Position numbers and translations under genes: made by a program. Source: Lachnospiraceae bacterium (GTDB taxonomy: Bacteria > Bacillota > Clostridia > Lachnospirales > Lachnospiraceae). From it: a stretch of DNA of 37,862 nucleotides. The notes under the pieces were generated by a model, which did not search any database, was not told where the DNA came from, and saw only the letters and a program-made list of their open reading frames with translations. The stretch lies in NCBI GenBank assembly GCA_045640465.1, contig JAZUFC010000096.1:1-37862 (forward strand). Direction: 5' to 3'. Positions 17,858-26,762 of this stretch are shown piece by piece. The stretch's first letter is position 1. Each line of letters starts with the position of its first letter.

Positions 17858-18913
17858 TCAGGCGTTTTCAGAGTCTCCGTTCAAAAGTGCATTGATCCCG
17901 TACCACATCGCCTTCTGGCGGACGGAATCGTTTTCGATCTTTTCCGCTTCTTTTGCAAAACGGTCTGCCGCTTCATCGCCGGCCCTTGCCCGGAGCAGGA
18001 ACGAAACGTCCGCTTCATGGGCCGTTTCATCCCTGACAGAAAGGATCCCGCTCAAGCTTTTCAGGGACTCCTCCTGCAGAAGAAGGGACGGTGAAAGTCT
18101 GCCCTGCAGAATGATCTCGTAATAGTTTTCTTTTCCGTATTTTTCCATGATGCCGCGGATCTGCCGGACAGCTTCGTTATAGCTTAAGTCCGCCGTGCAG
18201 TTCACCTTCAGGGAAATATATTCTCTGGATGCCGACGGAACGAACTGGCGGATCAGAGACGGCTGACCGTTATGCGTCCGGACTTCGCAGATGAAAAAGC
18301 CGTGGCGGATCTGTCCGGAAAAGCCCTCCGGCTCGAAATCGCCGGGCGAAAAGGTCTTGTTCCGTTCGTTTCCGATATACAGCTCGTGGCTTCCCGCGCC
18401 GGTATAGTCAAACGGGAGCTCGATCCGGTCCGCTTCTTCGGGAAAATCATCCTGCGATTCCCCTAAGAAAGGCAGAAGAAGGATCTGGACTGAGCCCTTT
18501 TTCCCTCTTGAAAGTTTTTCCGGGTCCACCTTGTCCCACGTATCGGCACTGTAGCCTACGCCGGTGATCTCCGTATCCTGTTTTGCCATATATACGCGCT
18601 GGATACAGTCGCCGTAAAAGACAGTCACCTTGCTTTTCCACTCGTAGCCTGTATGCATCTCTCCGGGAGCCGGAGCATCCAGATCACCGGTCAGGATAAA
18701 GACGCGGCAGCTGTTCAGCTGTGAAAACAGGCTGTCCGCCTCCGAAAGATCGGCCGCAGACGGTTCGGATGCAAACAGGTTTCCGGTAATGAAAAGCGCA
18801 TCCGCCTGACTGGCATTGCAGGCTTCGATCACCTTCTGAAGGTCCCTGCGGTATTCCGCCCGCTTTTCCCCGGTGATATTCAGTTTGATGTTGGCTGCAT
18901 GAACAAATTTCAT
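17858..18913 (-). CDS. YhaO/SbcD-like calcineurin-type phosphoesterase homolog with degenerate catalytic motifs
   Basis: The position upstream of the YhaN-like ATPase and the overall motif layout fit SbcD/YhaO. Motif I reads HAANIKLN where D-x-H-x-D is expected. Motif II reads TGNLF where GD is expected. Motif III reads TGDLD where GNHD/E is expected. Confidence 0.55.
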   Translation of the reverse strand: MKFVHAANIKLNITGEKRAEYRRDLQKVIEACNASQADALFITGNLFASEPSAADLSEADSLFSQLNSCRVFILTGDLDAPAPGEMHTGYEWKSKVTVFYGDCIQRVYMAKQDTEITGVGYSADTWDKVDPEKLSRGKKGSVQILLLPFLGESQDDFPEEADRIELPFDYTGAGSHELYIGNERNKTFSPGDFEPEGFSGQIRHGFFICEVRTHNGQPSLIRQFVPSASREYISLKVNCTADLSYNEAVRQIRGIMEKYGKENYYEIILQGRLSPSLLLQEESLKSLSGILSVRDETAHEADVSFLLRARAGDEAADRFAKEAEKIENDSVRQKAMWYGINALLNGDSENA

Positions 18914-18987
18914 TGCCGCTCCTCGTCTTTCAAAAATGTCTGCCCGGTCCGGAAAACACAGTCCCGGCGAATACTTTCAGATCTTCG

Positions 18988-20379
18988 TTACAGTTCGCAG
19001 TTGTTGACGGTTCTCGGGAAGGGAAGCACGTCACGGATATTGCCCATACCGGTCACATACATGACGCATCTTTCAAAGCCGAGGCCGAAGCCTGCGTGAC
19101 GGACCGTGCCGTACTTGCGGAGGTCCATATAGAAATCATAATCCGCTTCCCGCATCTGAAGCTCTTCAATACGCTGCTTCAGCTTGCCGTAGTCCTCTTC
19201 TCTCTGGGAACCGCCGATGATCTCGCCGATACCGGGAACCAGACAGTCCATAGCCGCCACGGTCTTTCCGTCCGGATTCTGCTTCATATAGAAGGACTTG
19301 ATCTCCTTCGGATAATCCGTTACGAATACGGGGCGCTTGAAGATCTCTTCGGTCAGGAAACGCTCATGCTCGGTCTGCAGATCGCAGCCCCAGCTGACCT
19401 TGTAATCAAATTTATCATTGTGCTTTTCCAGAAGTTCGACTGCTTCGGTATAGGTCACGCGGCCGAAATCGGAATTGACGACGTGGTTCAGTCTCTCCAG
19501 AAGGCCCTTGTCCACGAAGCTGTTGAAGAATTCCATTTCTTCCGGTGCATTCTCAAGCACGTAGCGGATGATATACTTCAGCATATCTTCCGCAAGACGC
19601 ATATCGTCCTCCAGATCCGCAAACGCGATCTCCGGCTCGATCATCCAGAACTCCGCCGCATGACGGGTCGTGTTGGAATTTTCAGCACGGAAGGTCGGTC
19701 CGAATGTGTAGATGTTGCGGAACGCACAGGCAAAGGTCTCGCCGTTCAGCTGGCCGGAAACGGTCAGATTCGTGGGCTTGTTGAAGAAGTCTTTGCTGTA
19801 GTCGATGTTTCCGTCCTCTGTCATCGGCGGATTCTTCAGATCCAGCGTAGTGACCTGGAACATTTCGCCTGCGCCCTCACAGTCGGAGCTGGTGATCAGC
19901 GGAGTATGCACATAAACGAAATCACGTTCCTGGAAGAAGCGGTGGATCGCATACGCGATCAGCGAACGCACACGGAATACAGCCTGGAAGGTATTGGTCC
20001 TGGGTCTTAAATGCGTCATGGTGCGCAGATATTCCAGTGTGTGGCGCTTCTTCTGAAGCGGATAATCGGACGGGCTGTCACCTTCCACGAAGACCGTTTT
20101 TGCCTGCAGTTCGAAGGGCTGCTTTGCTTCCGGAGTTGCGATCAGAGTACCTTCCACGATCAGAGCCGCACCGACACCGATCTTTGCGATCCGCTGGAAA
20201 TTCTCCATTTCATCATGGTATACGACCTGAAGGGGATTAAAATAGGTTCCGTCATTTAATACGATAAAGCCGAAGCTCTTGGAGTCACGGTTCGAACGGA
20301 CCCAGCCGCCTACGGTGATCTCCTTTCCGATATACTTGTCTGTCTCTTTAAAAAGCTCTCTGACTGTAATGCAATCCAT
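18988..20379 (-). CDS. asnS: asparagine--tRNA ligase
   Basis: The class II motifs [21 protein letters not shown] and GFGLGFERC are present. I moved the start from the GTG at 20403 to the ATG at 20379 (MDCITV...), which has AAAGGAGA 8 nt upstream. Confidence 0.9.
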   Translation of the reverse strand: MDCITVRELFKETDKYIGKEITVGGWVRSNRDSKSFGFIVLNDGTYFNPLQVVYHDEMENFQRIAKIGVGAALIVEGTLIATPEAKQPFELQAKTVFVEGDSPSDYPLQKKRHTLEYLRTMTHLRPRTNTFQAVFRVRSLIAYAIHRFFQERDFVYVHTPLITSSDCEGAGEMFQVTTLDLKNPPMTEDGNIDYSKDFFNKPTNLTVSGQLNGETFACAFRNIYTFGPTFRAENSNTTRHAAEFWMIEPEIAFADLEDDMRLAEDMLKYIIRYVLENAPEEMEFFNSFVDKGLLERLNHVVNSDFGRVTYTEAVELLEKHNDKFDYKVSWGCDLQTEHERFLTEEIFKRPVFVTDYPKEIKSFYMKQNPDGKTVAAMDCLVPGIGEIIGGSQREEDYGKLKQRIEELQMREADYDFYMDLRKYGTVRHAGFGLGFERCVMYVTGMGNIRDVLPFPRTVNNCEL

Positions 20380-20573
20380 AATTGCGGTCTCCTTTTCAAA
20401 CACTTTTCAGGGCAGAAGACGATGATTTCCCGCTGCTGCCCAAACAGTTAAAACTTAAAAGATAATTATAGTACAAAAAGTGCCAAAAAACAACTGTTTT
20501 GCGGGATTCCGTGAACCTGTTTGCAAAACTGACGCGCCGCGCCGTCCTTTTGAGATCTGCCGGCCGATTTTGT

Positions 20574-20602
20574 TTGACTTTTCGGTTATGTACTTATATA
20601 AT
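20574..20602 (+). promoter_or_regulatory. sigma-A-type promoter TTGACT-17-TATAAT
   Basis: The -35 element is at 20574-20579 and the -10 at 20597-20602, with an exact 17-nt spacer. It lies about 130 nt upstream of plsC. Confidence 0.55.
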
Positions 20603-20654
20603 TAGTGTGTAACATTGTTAATTATCTGTCAATATCACGTTTGCAATGATCACA

Positions 20655-20685
20655 GACCGCTTTTACAGGGCCGGTCCGTTTTTTT
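20655..20685 (+). terminator. weak hairpin plus U-run between the promoter and plsC (attenuator or short-transcript end)
   Basis: gaccg(c) at 20655-20660 pairs with (g)cggtc at 20670-20676. A run of seven T at 20679-20685 follows. Confidence 0.35.
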
Positions 20686-20730
20686 GCACCTGGTGTGAGT
20701 CAGTACATACTTAAATGATAAGGTGTTTTC

Positions 20731-21477
20731 ATGATTCGAATGTTTTTAGCCTTTCTTCAGGCAGTGGCATTTTCGGTCCTGAGCCCCTTTCTGTGGCTGA
20801 TCGTTCTGATCCTTCGTCTGTTCAGCCAGAAAGCAGCCGACCGGTTCGCCGTAACATACATTCAGGGTTCGTTTCTGCTTTTCCGTTACGTGACCGGCGT
20901 CAAACTGACCGTCACCGGACGTGAAAATCTGATCACGGACCGTTCCGTGCTTTACGTGATGAATCACCGCAGCTTTTTCGACGTGATCCTGACCTACCCC
21001 ATGATGAAGCGCCTGACCGGCTTTGTTGCCAAGATCGAATTCAAAAAGATCCCGATCATCGCGCAGTGGCTGCCGATGTGCAACAGCCTGTATTTAGACA
21101 GAAAAGACATCCGTCAGGGACTCAAGACCATCCTTGCCGCAACGGAAAAGATCAAAAACGGCATCTCGATGGTCATCTTCCCGGAGGGGACCCGCAATAA
21201 GGACGCCGATCCTTCCACGATGCTTCCTTTCCACGACGCTTCTTTAAAGCCAGCCAAAACGAGCGGCTGTCCGGTGATCCCGATAGCACTCTACAATACC
21301 GCCGAATGCTTTGAAAACCACAAGCCCATGCTGAAGCCGGCACGCGTTCACATCGTCATCGGCAAGCCCGTCACTCTCTCCGAACTGGATCCGGAGGCGC
21401 AGAAACGTCCCGGACTTTACTTCCAGAATGTGATCCAGGAGATGCTGAACGGGATCCGCGATTCACAGGCAGAATAA
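20731..21477 (+). CDS. plsC: 1-acyl-sn-glycerol-3-phosphate acyltransferase
   Basis: The HX4D motif NHRSFFD and the FPEGTR motif are present, along with an N-terminal TM segment. Confidence 0.85.
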   Translation: MIRMFLAFLQAVAFSVLSPFLWLIVLILRLFSQKAADRFAVTYIQGSFLLFRYVTGVKLTVTGRENLITDRSVLYVMNHRSFFDVILTYPMMKRLTGFVAKIEFKKIPIIAQWLPMCNSLYLDRKDIRQGLKTILAATEKIKNGISMVIFPEGTRNKDADPSTMLPFHDASLKPAKTSGCPVIPIALYNTAECFENHKPMLKPARVHIVIGKPVTLSELDPEAQKRPGLYFQNVIQEMLNGIRDSQAE

Positions 21478-21493
21478 AATTCAGAAAGACAAT

Positions 21494-21535
21494 GATCGCC
21501 CGGACAGGCAGCCGCAGCTGCTTTTCCGGGCGATC
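21494..21535. terminator. hairpin between the convergent plsC and TPM genes
   Basis: An 11-bp perfect stem pairs gatcgcccgga (21494-21504) with tccgggcgatc (21525-21535). The U-runs are poor in both directions. Confidence 0.5.
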
Positions 21536-21543
21536 GTTGTTTA

Positions 21544-22299
21544 TCAGAAGGATCCGCTGGAACCGCTGTGTCCGGTCGAAGATTTTCCGTCACCGGAAGG
21601 CGTACTCTTTTCGATCTGCCTTACTTCACGCGTTGTCCGGTCGAATCTGTCCTCTTTCTTTGTGACATTCAGCTTTCCGCTCTTTAAGTAATGACGCTTC
21701 GGAACAAATGCCCGCGCATTGTGTGAACCTACCGCGATCTTAGAGGCAATACCGCCGCCGCCGAGACCGAACAGAAGCCATGACCAGACGGTCTTTAAAA
21801 AGCCCTTTTTGCCGGCTTTTCTGATCCCGTTTACGAAGATCTCCGCCGCGCTGTCATAATCACCGTCCGCCATGGAGGACGTCAGACTCTTTACGATGCT
21901 GTCTGTCTTATCCTGACTGATCCGGTCTCCGTCTGCCGTACTGTAGGTCTGCACACGGAAGTTCCGGTTTTCCATATCCACATAAAACAGTGCGATATCC
22001 TTGTTTTCTCCGTATCCGAGACCGGAGGAGGCCGCCTCTTTGATGATCCTGTCCGCTGCAGAGACCACATCGTCATCTGCGGGATCCTTTGTGAAGACCA
22101 CCATAAGGTCCATGCCGATCTCTTCACGGACTTCCGAGATCTTCTGATTCAGACTGTCTTTCGCTTCCTGCGAAAGAAAACCGCCGTCATCCGAGATCCA
22201 GTCACCGCCGGCTTCTGCTGCAGCTGAAAAAGCGCAGAACACAGACAGAAGCACGATCATCGTACATAAGATCCATGTCGTTTTTCTCATACCGCTCAC
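21544..22299 (-). CDS. TPM-domain protein with signal peptide and C-terminal TM plus Gly/Ser tail (YdjH-like)
   Basis: The signal peptide ends ..SAAAEAGG. The TPM-like start reads DDGGFLSQEAKDSLNQKISEVREEIGMDLMVVF. A C-terminal TM (WSWLLFGLGGGGIA) is present. Size and layout match B. subtilis YdjH as I recall it. Confidence 0.65.
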   Translation of the reverse strand: MSGMRKTTWILCTMIVLLSVFCAFSAAAEAGGDWISDDGGFLSQEAKDSLNQKISEVREEIGMDLMVVFTKDPADDDVVSAADRIIKEAASSGLGYGENKDIALFYVDMENRNFRVQTYSTADGDRISQDKTDSIVKSLTSSMADGDYDSAAEIFVNGIRKAGKKGFLKTVWSWLLFGLGGGGIASKIAVGSHNARAFVPKRHYLKSGKLNVTKKEDRFDRTTREVRQIEKSTPSGDGKSSTGHSGSSGSF

Positions 22300-23330
22300 C
22301 TCAAAATCAGGAACATCAGAAGGAAGATGACCGCGAACGCGATCAGGAACACTGCGAGTACCTTCACTCGGCTCACCGGAAGCGTTCCGTCGATCTTACC
22401 GGTCTGTCCGTTCATAAAAAGTCTGTATTCCTTACCGAAATACATGAAGCTCAGCATCCACACCGGGAGCAGCGCATAAAGCGCCTCACTGTCTTTCAGC
22501 ACCACATCGGAAGCCTCGACTTCGACTTCGTCGTAGCCTTCGATCTGCTCTCTTGCAGCCTCTACGGCATCTTCTCTGATCTGTGCCTTTACTTTTTCCT
22601 CGTACTGCTCCGCGCCGTGATTCATGCGGTCTGCAGAGAAGCCGGAAAGATAAGGCATTGCAAACTCCTGAAGCTTCTCATAATCGAAGGGCTCCAGAAC
22701 CGCCATGGCGTCATCCGGGACCTTGCCGGAAGCGTTTGCAGGCACATATTCGTAACGGCCCTCATCTTCGCGGTGGACCTTGTAGTGCTCCGTGACGACA
22801 GTCTCCGTGCTGCCGGTCTTTGTCGTTTTGGAGATGGAGGCATCCGCATCCAGAGAGACCTCAGCCGTATAGCTGTATAACCAGAAGGGCACATATACGC
22901 CGGTGACCTTGTCCATGACCGCCTGCGATCTGAATGCGGAAGGGGTCAGACGGCCGCTTCCGGTCCAGTTTCTGAAATAGTTCTGCGCCTGCTTTTTATC
23001 AAACGCAAAGGGGATCACTCTGTCAGGCTTCAGATCGCCTGTCAGACGGCTTTCGATAAAAGCCGGATAAGAACAGTAGGGGCAGTTCGTCACGGCGGTG
23101 AATTCGTCCGCAGTCAGCGTGCCTCCGCAGTTTCTGCACTGATAGATACGCTCTCCGCTTCCGGAATTCTCCACGCTCTCTTCCGGAGCCTTCACCGAAA
23201 GATCCGGAAAGCCTGCATTCGCGTCCGCAATTTCCGCGGTCGTGCCGCAGTTCGGACATTTCAGTTTTCCCGAGCCGGGATCATACAGAAGACGTGATCC
23301 GCAGCCGGGACATTTGATCGTTTGAATCAT
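22296..23330 (-). CDS. double zinc-ribbon protein with C-terminal TM anchor (YdjG-like)
   Basis: Two ribbons are present (CPGCGSRLLYDPGSGKLKCPNCG and CRNCGGTLTADEFTAVTNCPYC). The C-terminal TM is VLAVFLIAFAVIFLLMFLIL. The gene overlaps the TPM gene by 4 nt. Confidence 0.6.
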   Translation of the reverse strand: MIQTIKCPGCGSRLLYDPGSGKLKCPNCGTTAEIADANAGFPDLSVKAPEESVENSGSGERIYQCRNCGGTLTADEFTAVTNCPYCSYPAFIESRLTGDLKPDRVIPFAFDKKQAQNYFRNWTGSGRLTPSAFRSQAVMDKVTGVYVPFWLYSYTAEVSLDADASISKTTKTGSTETVVTEHYKVHREDEGRYEYVPANASGKVPDDAMAVLEPFDYEKLQEFAMPYLSGFSADRMNHGAEQYEEKVKAQIREDAVEAAREQIEGYDEVEVEASDVVLKDSEALYALLPVWMLSFMYFGKEYRLFMNGQTGKIDGTLPVSRVKVLAVFLIAFAVIFLLMFLILR

Positions 23331-23354
23331 TTTCTTCCTCCTGCATTACTTCGC

Positions 23355-24428
23355 TCAGTCAGGCATCACGATCTTCGGCATCTTCTTCGGTTCTTCCGGT
23401 TTTTTTCCGAATAAGCCGCCGGACCGGTTGTCGTGATGCTTGCTTTTCAGCATTTTAACATCATCGGGCATATACTTCGCAACGACCTTCACGGTATAGA
23501 ACACCACTCCCGCCGTCAGAAGGACCGACAGCACGAACAGGATCCACGAAGGAATGCCGAATTCCAGATATGCCGATGTATAGCCGATCAGGTTCGGGAT
23601 CGCCGTGATGATCAGGACACCGAACGCTGCGACCGTATATTTCTTTTCCAGCTTTTCGCCGCGCACGCCGTAGAACAGGACCGCTGCCGCAGTCTGTGCC
23701 AGTGCGCTCAGCACATAAGCCGCATGCTCGCCGAGATAGACAAAGCCGGGCGTCTTTGTCAGGCTGAGAAGCGCATTCGTTGCAGCCTCCAGATCTTCGC
23801 CGTTCTGCACCATCATGGTGAGCGTTCCGTCAAAACCGCTCTGGTTGACTGCGGACATGATCATCAGATACTGGAAACTGTAGGTGATCTGCTGTCCTAA
23901 AAAGATCGCAGCCGCATAAGCCGAAACACCGTAAGCAAGAGCCGCGCCGATATTGGTCTTCAGATGACGCCTGTCCAGCATGCGGAAGGCATATCTGACG
24001 CCGAAGAAGGCAGCCACACCCTCCAGTATGAAAGAAAAGACCGTCCCCGTCATTGACAGAATAAATGTATACCGGTCCGCACGGGCCGGATCCTCCGACA
24101 TGGCTTTCATGCCCGGGATCAGACTGATGCCGCTCATGACCATCGTATAGGCCAGATAACAGAACAGCACGTTGAAAAGAAGACCGGCAATCACACCGGG
24201 CCCCCAGTTGAACGTACGGTTTTTGACCTGAATAAATGCAATGATGCCGATCACGATCAGAAGCAGTGCACCGCCTGCAAGCGCGATCATGGAAAAGGCA
24301 GGTACCTTCATATCGCTGTACTGGGTCACTACGGTCTCCACTGTCTCCGTAACTGTCTGCTGAATGACAGTCACGCCGGGAGCTGTCTCCTCAGATGCCT
24401 GCAATACAAGCTGTGTCAAACCAAACAT
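23355..24428 (-). CDS. polytopic membrane protein, unknown function (possibly YhfC-like)
   Basis: The product is 357 aa with roughly 7-8 hydrophobic helices and a basic C-terminal tail. No secure family motif is visible. Confidence 0.5.
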   Translation of the reverse strand: MFGLTQLVLQASEETAPGVTVIQQTVTETVETVVTQYSDMKVPAFSMIALAGGALLLIVIGIIAFIQVKNRTFNWGPGVIAGLLFNVLFCYLAYTMVMSGISLIPGMKAMSEDPARADRYTFILSMTGTVFSFILEGVAAFFGVRYAFRMLDRRHLKTNIGAALAYGVSAYAAAIFLGQQITYSFQYLMIMSAVNQSGFDGTLTMMVQNGEDLEAATNALLSLTKTPGFVYLGEHAAYVLSALAQTAAAVLFYGVRGEKLEKKYTVAAFGVLIITAIPNLIGYTSAYLEFGIPSWILFVLSVLLTAGVVFYTVKVVAKYMPDDVKMLKSKHHDNRSGGLFGKKPEEPKKMPKIVMPD

Positions 24429-24587
24429 AGGCTGCTTTCCTCCGCTTCATAAGTGTCAGGATACATCAATATCCAGTGTTAATCATACATGATTCGGCCT
24501 GTTTTTGCAAGAAAAGTACCCGAAACATTTCCCAAAAGAATTCGTCATTTTTTGTGCAGAATATCCAAAATTTGAAGGCATTCTTCC

Positions 24588-24616
24588 TTGACCCCTGTAT
24601 CTATTTCTGTTAAAAT
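24588..24616 (+). promoter_or_regulatory. csp promoter TTGACC-17-TAAAAT
   Basis: The -35 element is at 24588-24593 and the -10 at 24611-24616. This leaves a 5' UTR of about 95 nt, which is typical for cold-shock genes. Confidence 0.55.
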
Positions 24617-24717
24617 AATAACGAACTGCATCATTATAATGATTTCGATAACATGATTCATTTCAATTCGATCTCGTTGGAACCGGCGGTTCAAATCAGT
24701 TTGGAGGTAAGATCAAT

Positions 24718-24918
24718 ATGAACAAAGGAACAGTTAAATGGTTCAACAACCAGAAGGGCTACGGCTTCATTTCCGATGAGAACGGAAACGATGTATTCGT
24801 ACATTACTCCGGACTCAACATGGAAGGCTTCAAGTCTCTGGACGAAGGCCAGGCTGTTGAATTCGATATTATCGAAGGCGCAAAAGGCCCTCAGGCAGTA
24901 AATGTAACAAAGCTGTAA
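24718..24918 (+). CDS. csp: cold-shock protein (CspA family)
   Basis: The product is 66 aa. RNP1 (KGYGFI) and RNP2 (VFVHY) are present, and a GGAGG RBS precedes the start. Confidence 0.95.
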   Translation: MNKGTVKWFNNQKGYGFISDENGNDVFVHYSGLNMEGFKSLDEGQAVEFDIIEGAKGPQAVNVTKL

Positions 24919-24935
24919 AAAGAACTGTTTCAGTC

Positions 24936-24980
24936 GAGAACGGCCTCCGGTTTTCTTCCGGAGGCCGTTCTCTTTCTTTT
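24936..24980 (+). terminator. intrinsic terminator after csp
   Basis: A 15-bp perfect stem pairs gagaacggcctccgg (24936-24950) with ccggaggccgttctc (24958-24972). A T-rich tract follows. Confidence 0.8.
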
Positions 24981-25858
24981 TATTTCTGTGCCAGGATCGT
25001 CTGAAGGTCCTCCGGCGAAAAATGATACTTTTTGCTGCAGAACTGGCAGACCATCTCCACTTCTCTGCCCTCATCGATCAGCGACTGTATCTCCTCCTTC
25101 GGAAGAGACATCAGCATATCCTTTGTCTTCTCTTCGGAACAGCTGCAGGTGAACGCCACCGGGATCCTGTCCAGAAACTCCGGGTCCATCCCCTCAAAGA
25201 AGTCCTTCATCATATCTTCCACGGTCTTTCCGCTCTCCAGATATTCGGTCACGGAAGAAAAGCCGGAAAGCTTCTTTTCCAGCGCATCGATCACCCCGTC
25301 CGAAGCGCCGGGCATCATCTGAATGATGAAGCCGCCCGCATTCTTCACCTGCGCGGTCTCTTTGTCAAGAAGCACGCCGAGCGCCACGGAGGAAGGCGTC
25401 TGTTCGGATGTCGCGAAGTAATAGGTAAGATCCTCCGCGATCTCTCCGGTCTCCAGGATCGTCTGTCCCACGTAAGGATCCTTCAGGCCCACGTCCCGGA
25501 TCACGGACAGCACGCCCAGACCGAGCGCCTCGCCCACGTTCAGATGGCCTCTGTCGTTTGCGGGAAGGATCACCACCGGATTTTTGACATAGCCCTTCAC
25601 ATGTCCGAAGGCATCCGCAGTTACGGTAAGGCCCTGGATCGGCCCGTCACAGTCGATCTTAATGGTCAGAAGGTCCTTTTCCCCCTTCATCATGAAGCCC
25701 ATCATGGCACCTGCAGTCAAAAGGCGGCCGAGCGCTGCCGCGCAGATCGGGCTCAGTTCATGTGCGGCTCTTCCGAATTCCGCCGTTTCCTTTGTACTCG
25801 CCGCAAAGAAACGGACCTGTCCCTGTGCCGCCGTTCCGCGGATCATATAATCACTCAT
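24980..25858 (-). CDS. hslO: Hsp33 redox-regulated chaperone
   Basis: The product is 292 aa. The C-terminal zinc switch reads CSCS...CQFC. Confidence 0.9.
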   Translation of the reverse strand: MSDYMIRGTAAQGQVRFFAASTKETAEFGRAAHELSPICAAALGRLLTAGAMMGFMMKGEKDLLTIKIDCDGPIQGLTVTADAFGHVKGYVKNPVVILPANDRGHLNVGEALGLGVLSVIRDVGLKDPYVGQTILETGEIAEDLTYYFATSEQTPSSVALGVLLDKETAQVKNAGGFIIQMMPGASDGVIDALEKKLSGFSSVTEYLESGKTVEDMMKDFFEGMDPEFLDRIPVAFTCSCSEEKTKDMLMSLPKEEIQSLIDEGREVEMVCQFCSKKYHFSPEDLQTILAQK

Positions 25859-26612
25859 GCTTCTTTCCTCTCTCCTTCAGGATCACATAGATCCTTTCTG
25901 CATTCCTGCCGGGCTTCTTCTTTTTCATCGCCTCATACACAGCCACAAATTCCATGCCTGCGCGTTCAGCCATCTCCCGTATTTCCTCTATGCTCCATGC
26001 GCGCTGTTCGTGATACTCCGAAAAGCGCTCGTACATGCCGTTATTCTTCTGTTCAAAGACGGTGAGCGCATATTCGTTGATCCGCCGTCTCCTGTCATAG
26101 TAGTTCTGCCAGATATAAGAGGCTGTTTCCTCCTCCGCCGCTTCCGTGCGCTCGCCGAGTACATCGCGGTAGTAGTGTTCGGTCTTCAGGTCGAAAATAA
26201 AGAGGCCGCCGGGATCCAGATAATTGTTGACAAGCTTCAGCGTTTTGAGAAGATCCCGCCGCGTCAGAAGATAGTTCATCGTATCGCAGACGGCAAAGAC
26301 CGCACGCATGGTTCCGTACAGTTCAAACGATCTCATGTCCTGATTCAGGTACAGAATATCCAGCCCGCTTTTTTCCTTTTTCAGGAGTGCCTCCTGAAGC
26401 ATCTCGGCGGATGAGTCGATGCCGGTCATATCATAGCCCTTCTCCGCCATGAGCTCTGTCATCGTTCCGGTGCCGCAGCCGAGCTCTAAAAGCAGGCCTT
26501 CCGTGATCCCGTGATCCTTCAGAAGCATTTCCAGATAATCGCTCCAGGCCTGATAAGGGATCTCGTCCATGAACAGATCATACACCCTGGCAAAATCTCC
26601 GTATTCGCTCAT
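25851..26612 (-). CDS. class I SAM-dependent methyltransferase
   Basis: SAM-binding motif I is present (LLELGCGTG). The gene overlaps hslO by 8 nt. Confidence 0.8.
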   Translation of the reverse strand: MSEYGDFARVYDLFMDEIPYQAWSDYLEMLLKDHGITEGLLLELGCGTGTMTELMAEKGYDMTGIDSSAEMLQEALLKKEKSGLDILYLNQDMRSFELYGTMRAVFAVCDTMNYLLTRRDLLKTLKLVNNYLDPGGLFIFDLKTEHYYRDVLGERTEAAEEETASYIWQNYYDRRRRINEYALTVFEQKNNGMYERFSEYHEQRAWSIEEIREMAERAGMEFVAVYEAMKKKKPGRNAERIYVILKERGKKHE

Positions 26613-26710
26613 TTACGTCCTCCCGCTGCGTTTTTCGCATCCCACATTCTACCATATCCCAGGTAAAATGTGAAGCCTTTGTGAAGCGGCGATTCTCTTC
26701 CCGCTTTCTA

Positions 26711-26739
26711 TTGATTCAGCGCATCTTTTGCGGTATGAT
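26711..26739 (+). promoter_or_regulatory. promoter TTGATT-17-TATGAT
   Basis: The -35 element is at 26711-26716 and the -10 at 26734-26739. It lies upstream of the 26763 gene, which has an AGGAGGG RBS. Confidence 0.45.
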
Positions 26740-26762
26740 AAGAGCAGGAAAGGAGGGATCTG

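Noticed and set aside
16150-18913. The ATPase plus phosphoesterase pair as a Lamassu-, Gabija- or OLD-type defence system
   Set aside because: The composition is host-like. The pair sits between the housekeeping genes asnS and an ABC-F gene. The gene order matches the conserved yhaO-yhaN arrangement of Firmicutes. I have therefore treated it as a divergent housekeeping pair and reported it as a curiosity, not as a defence island.
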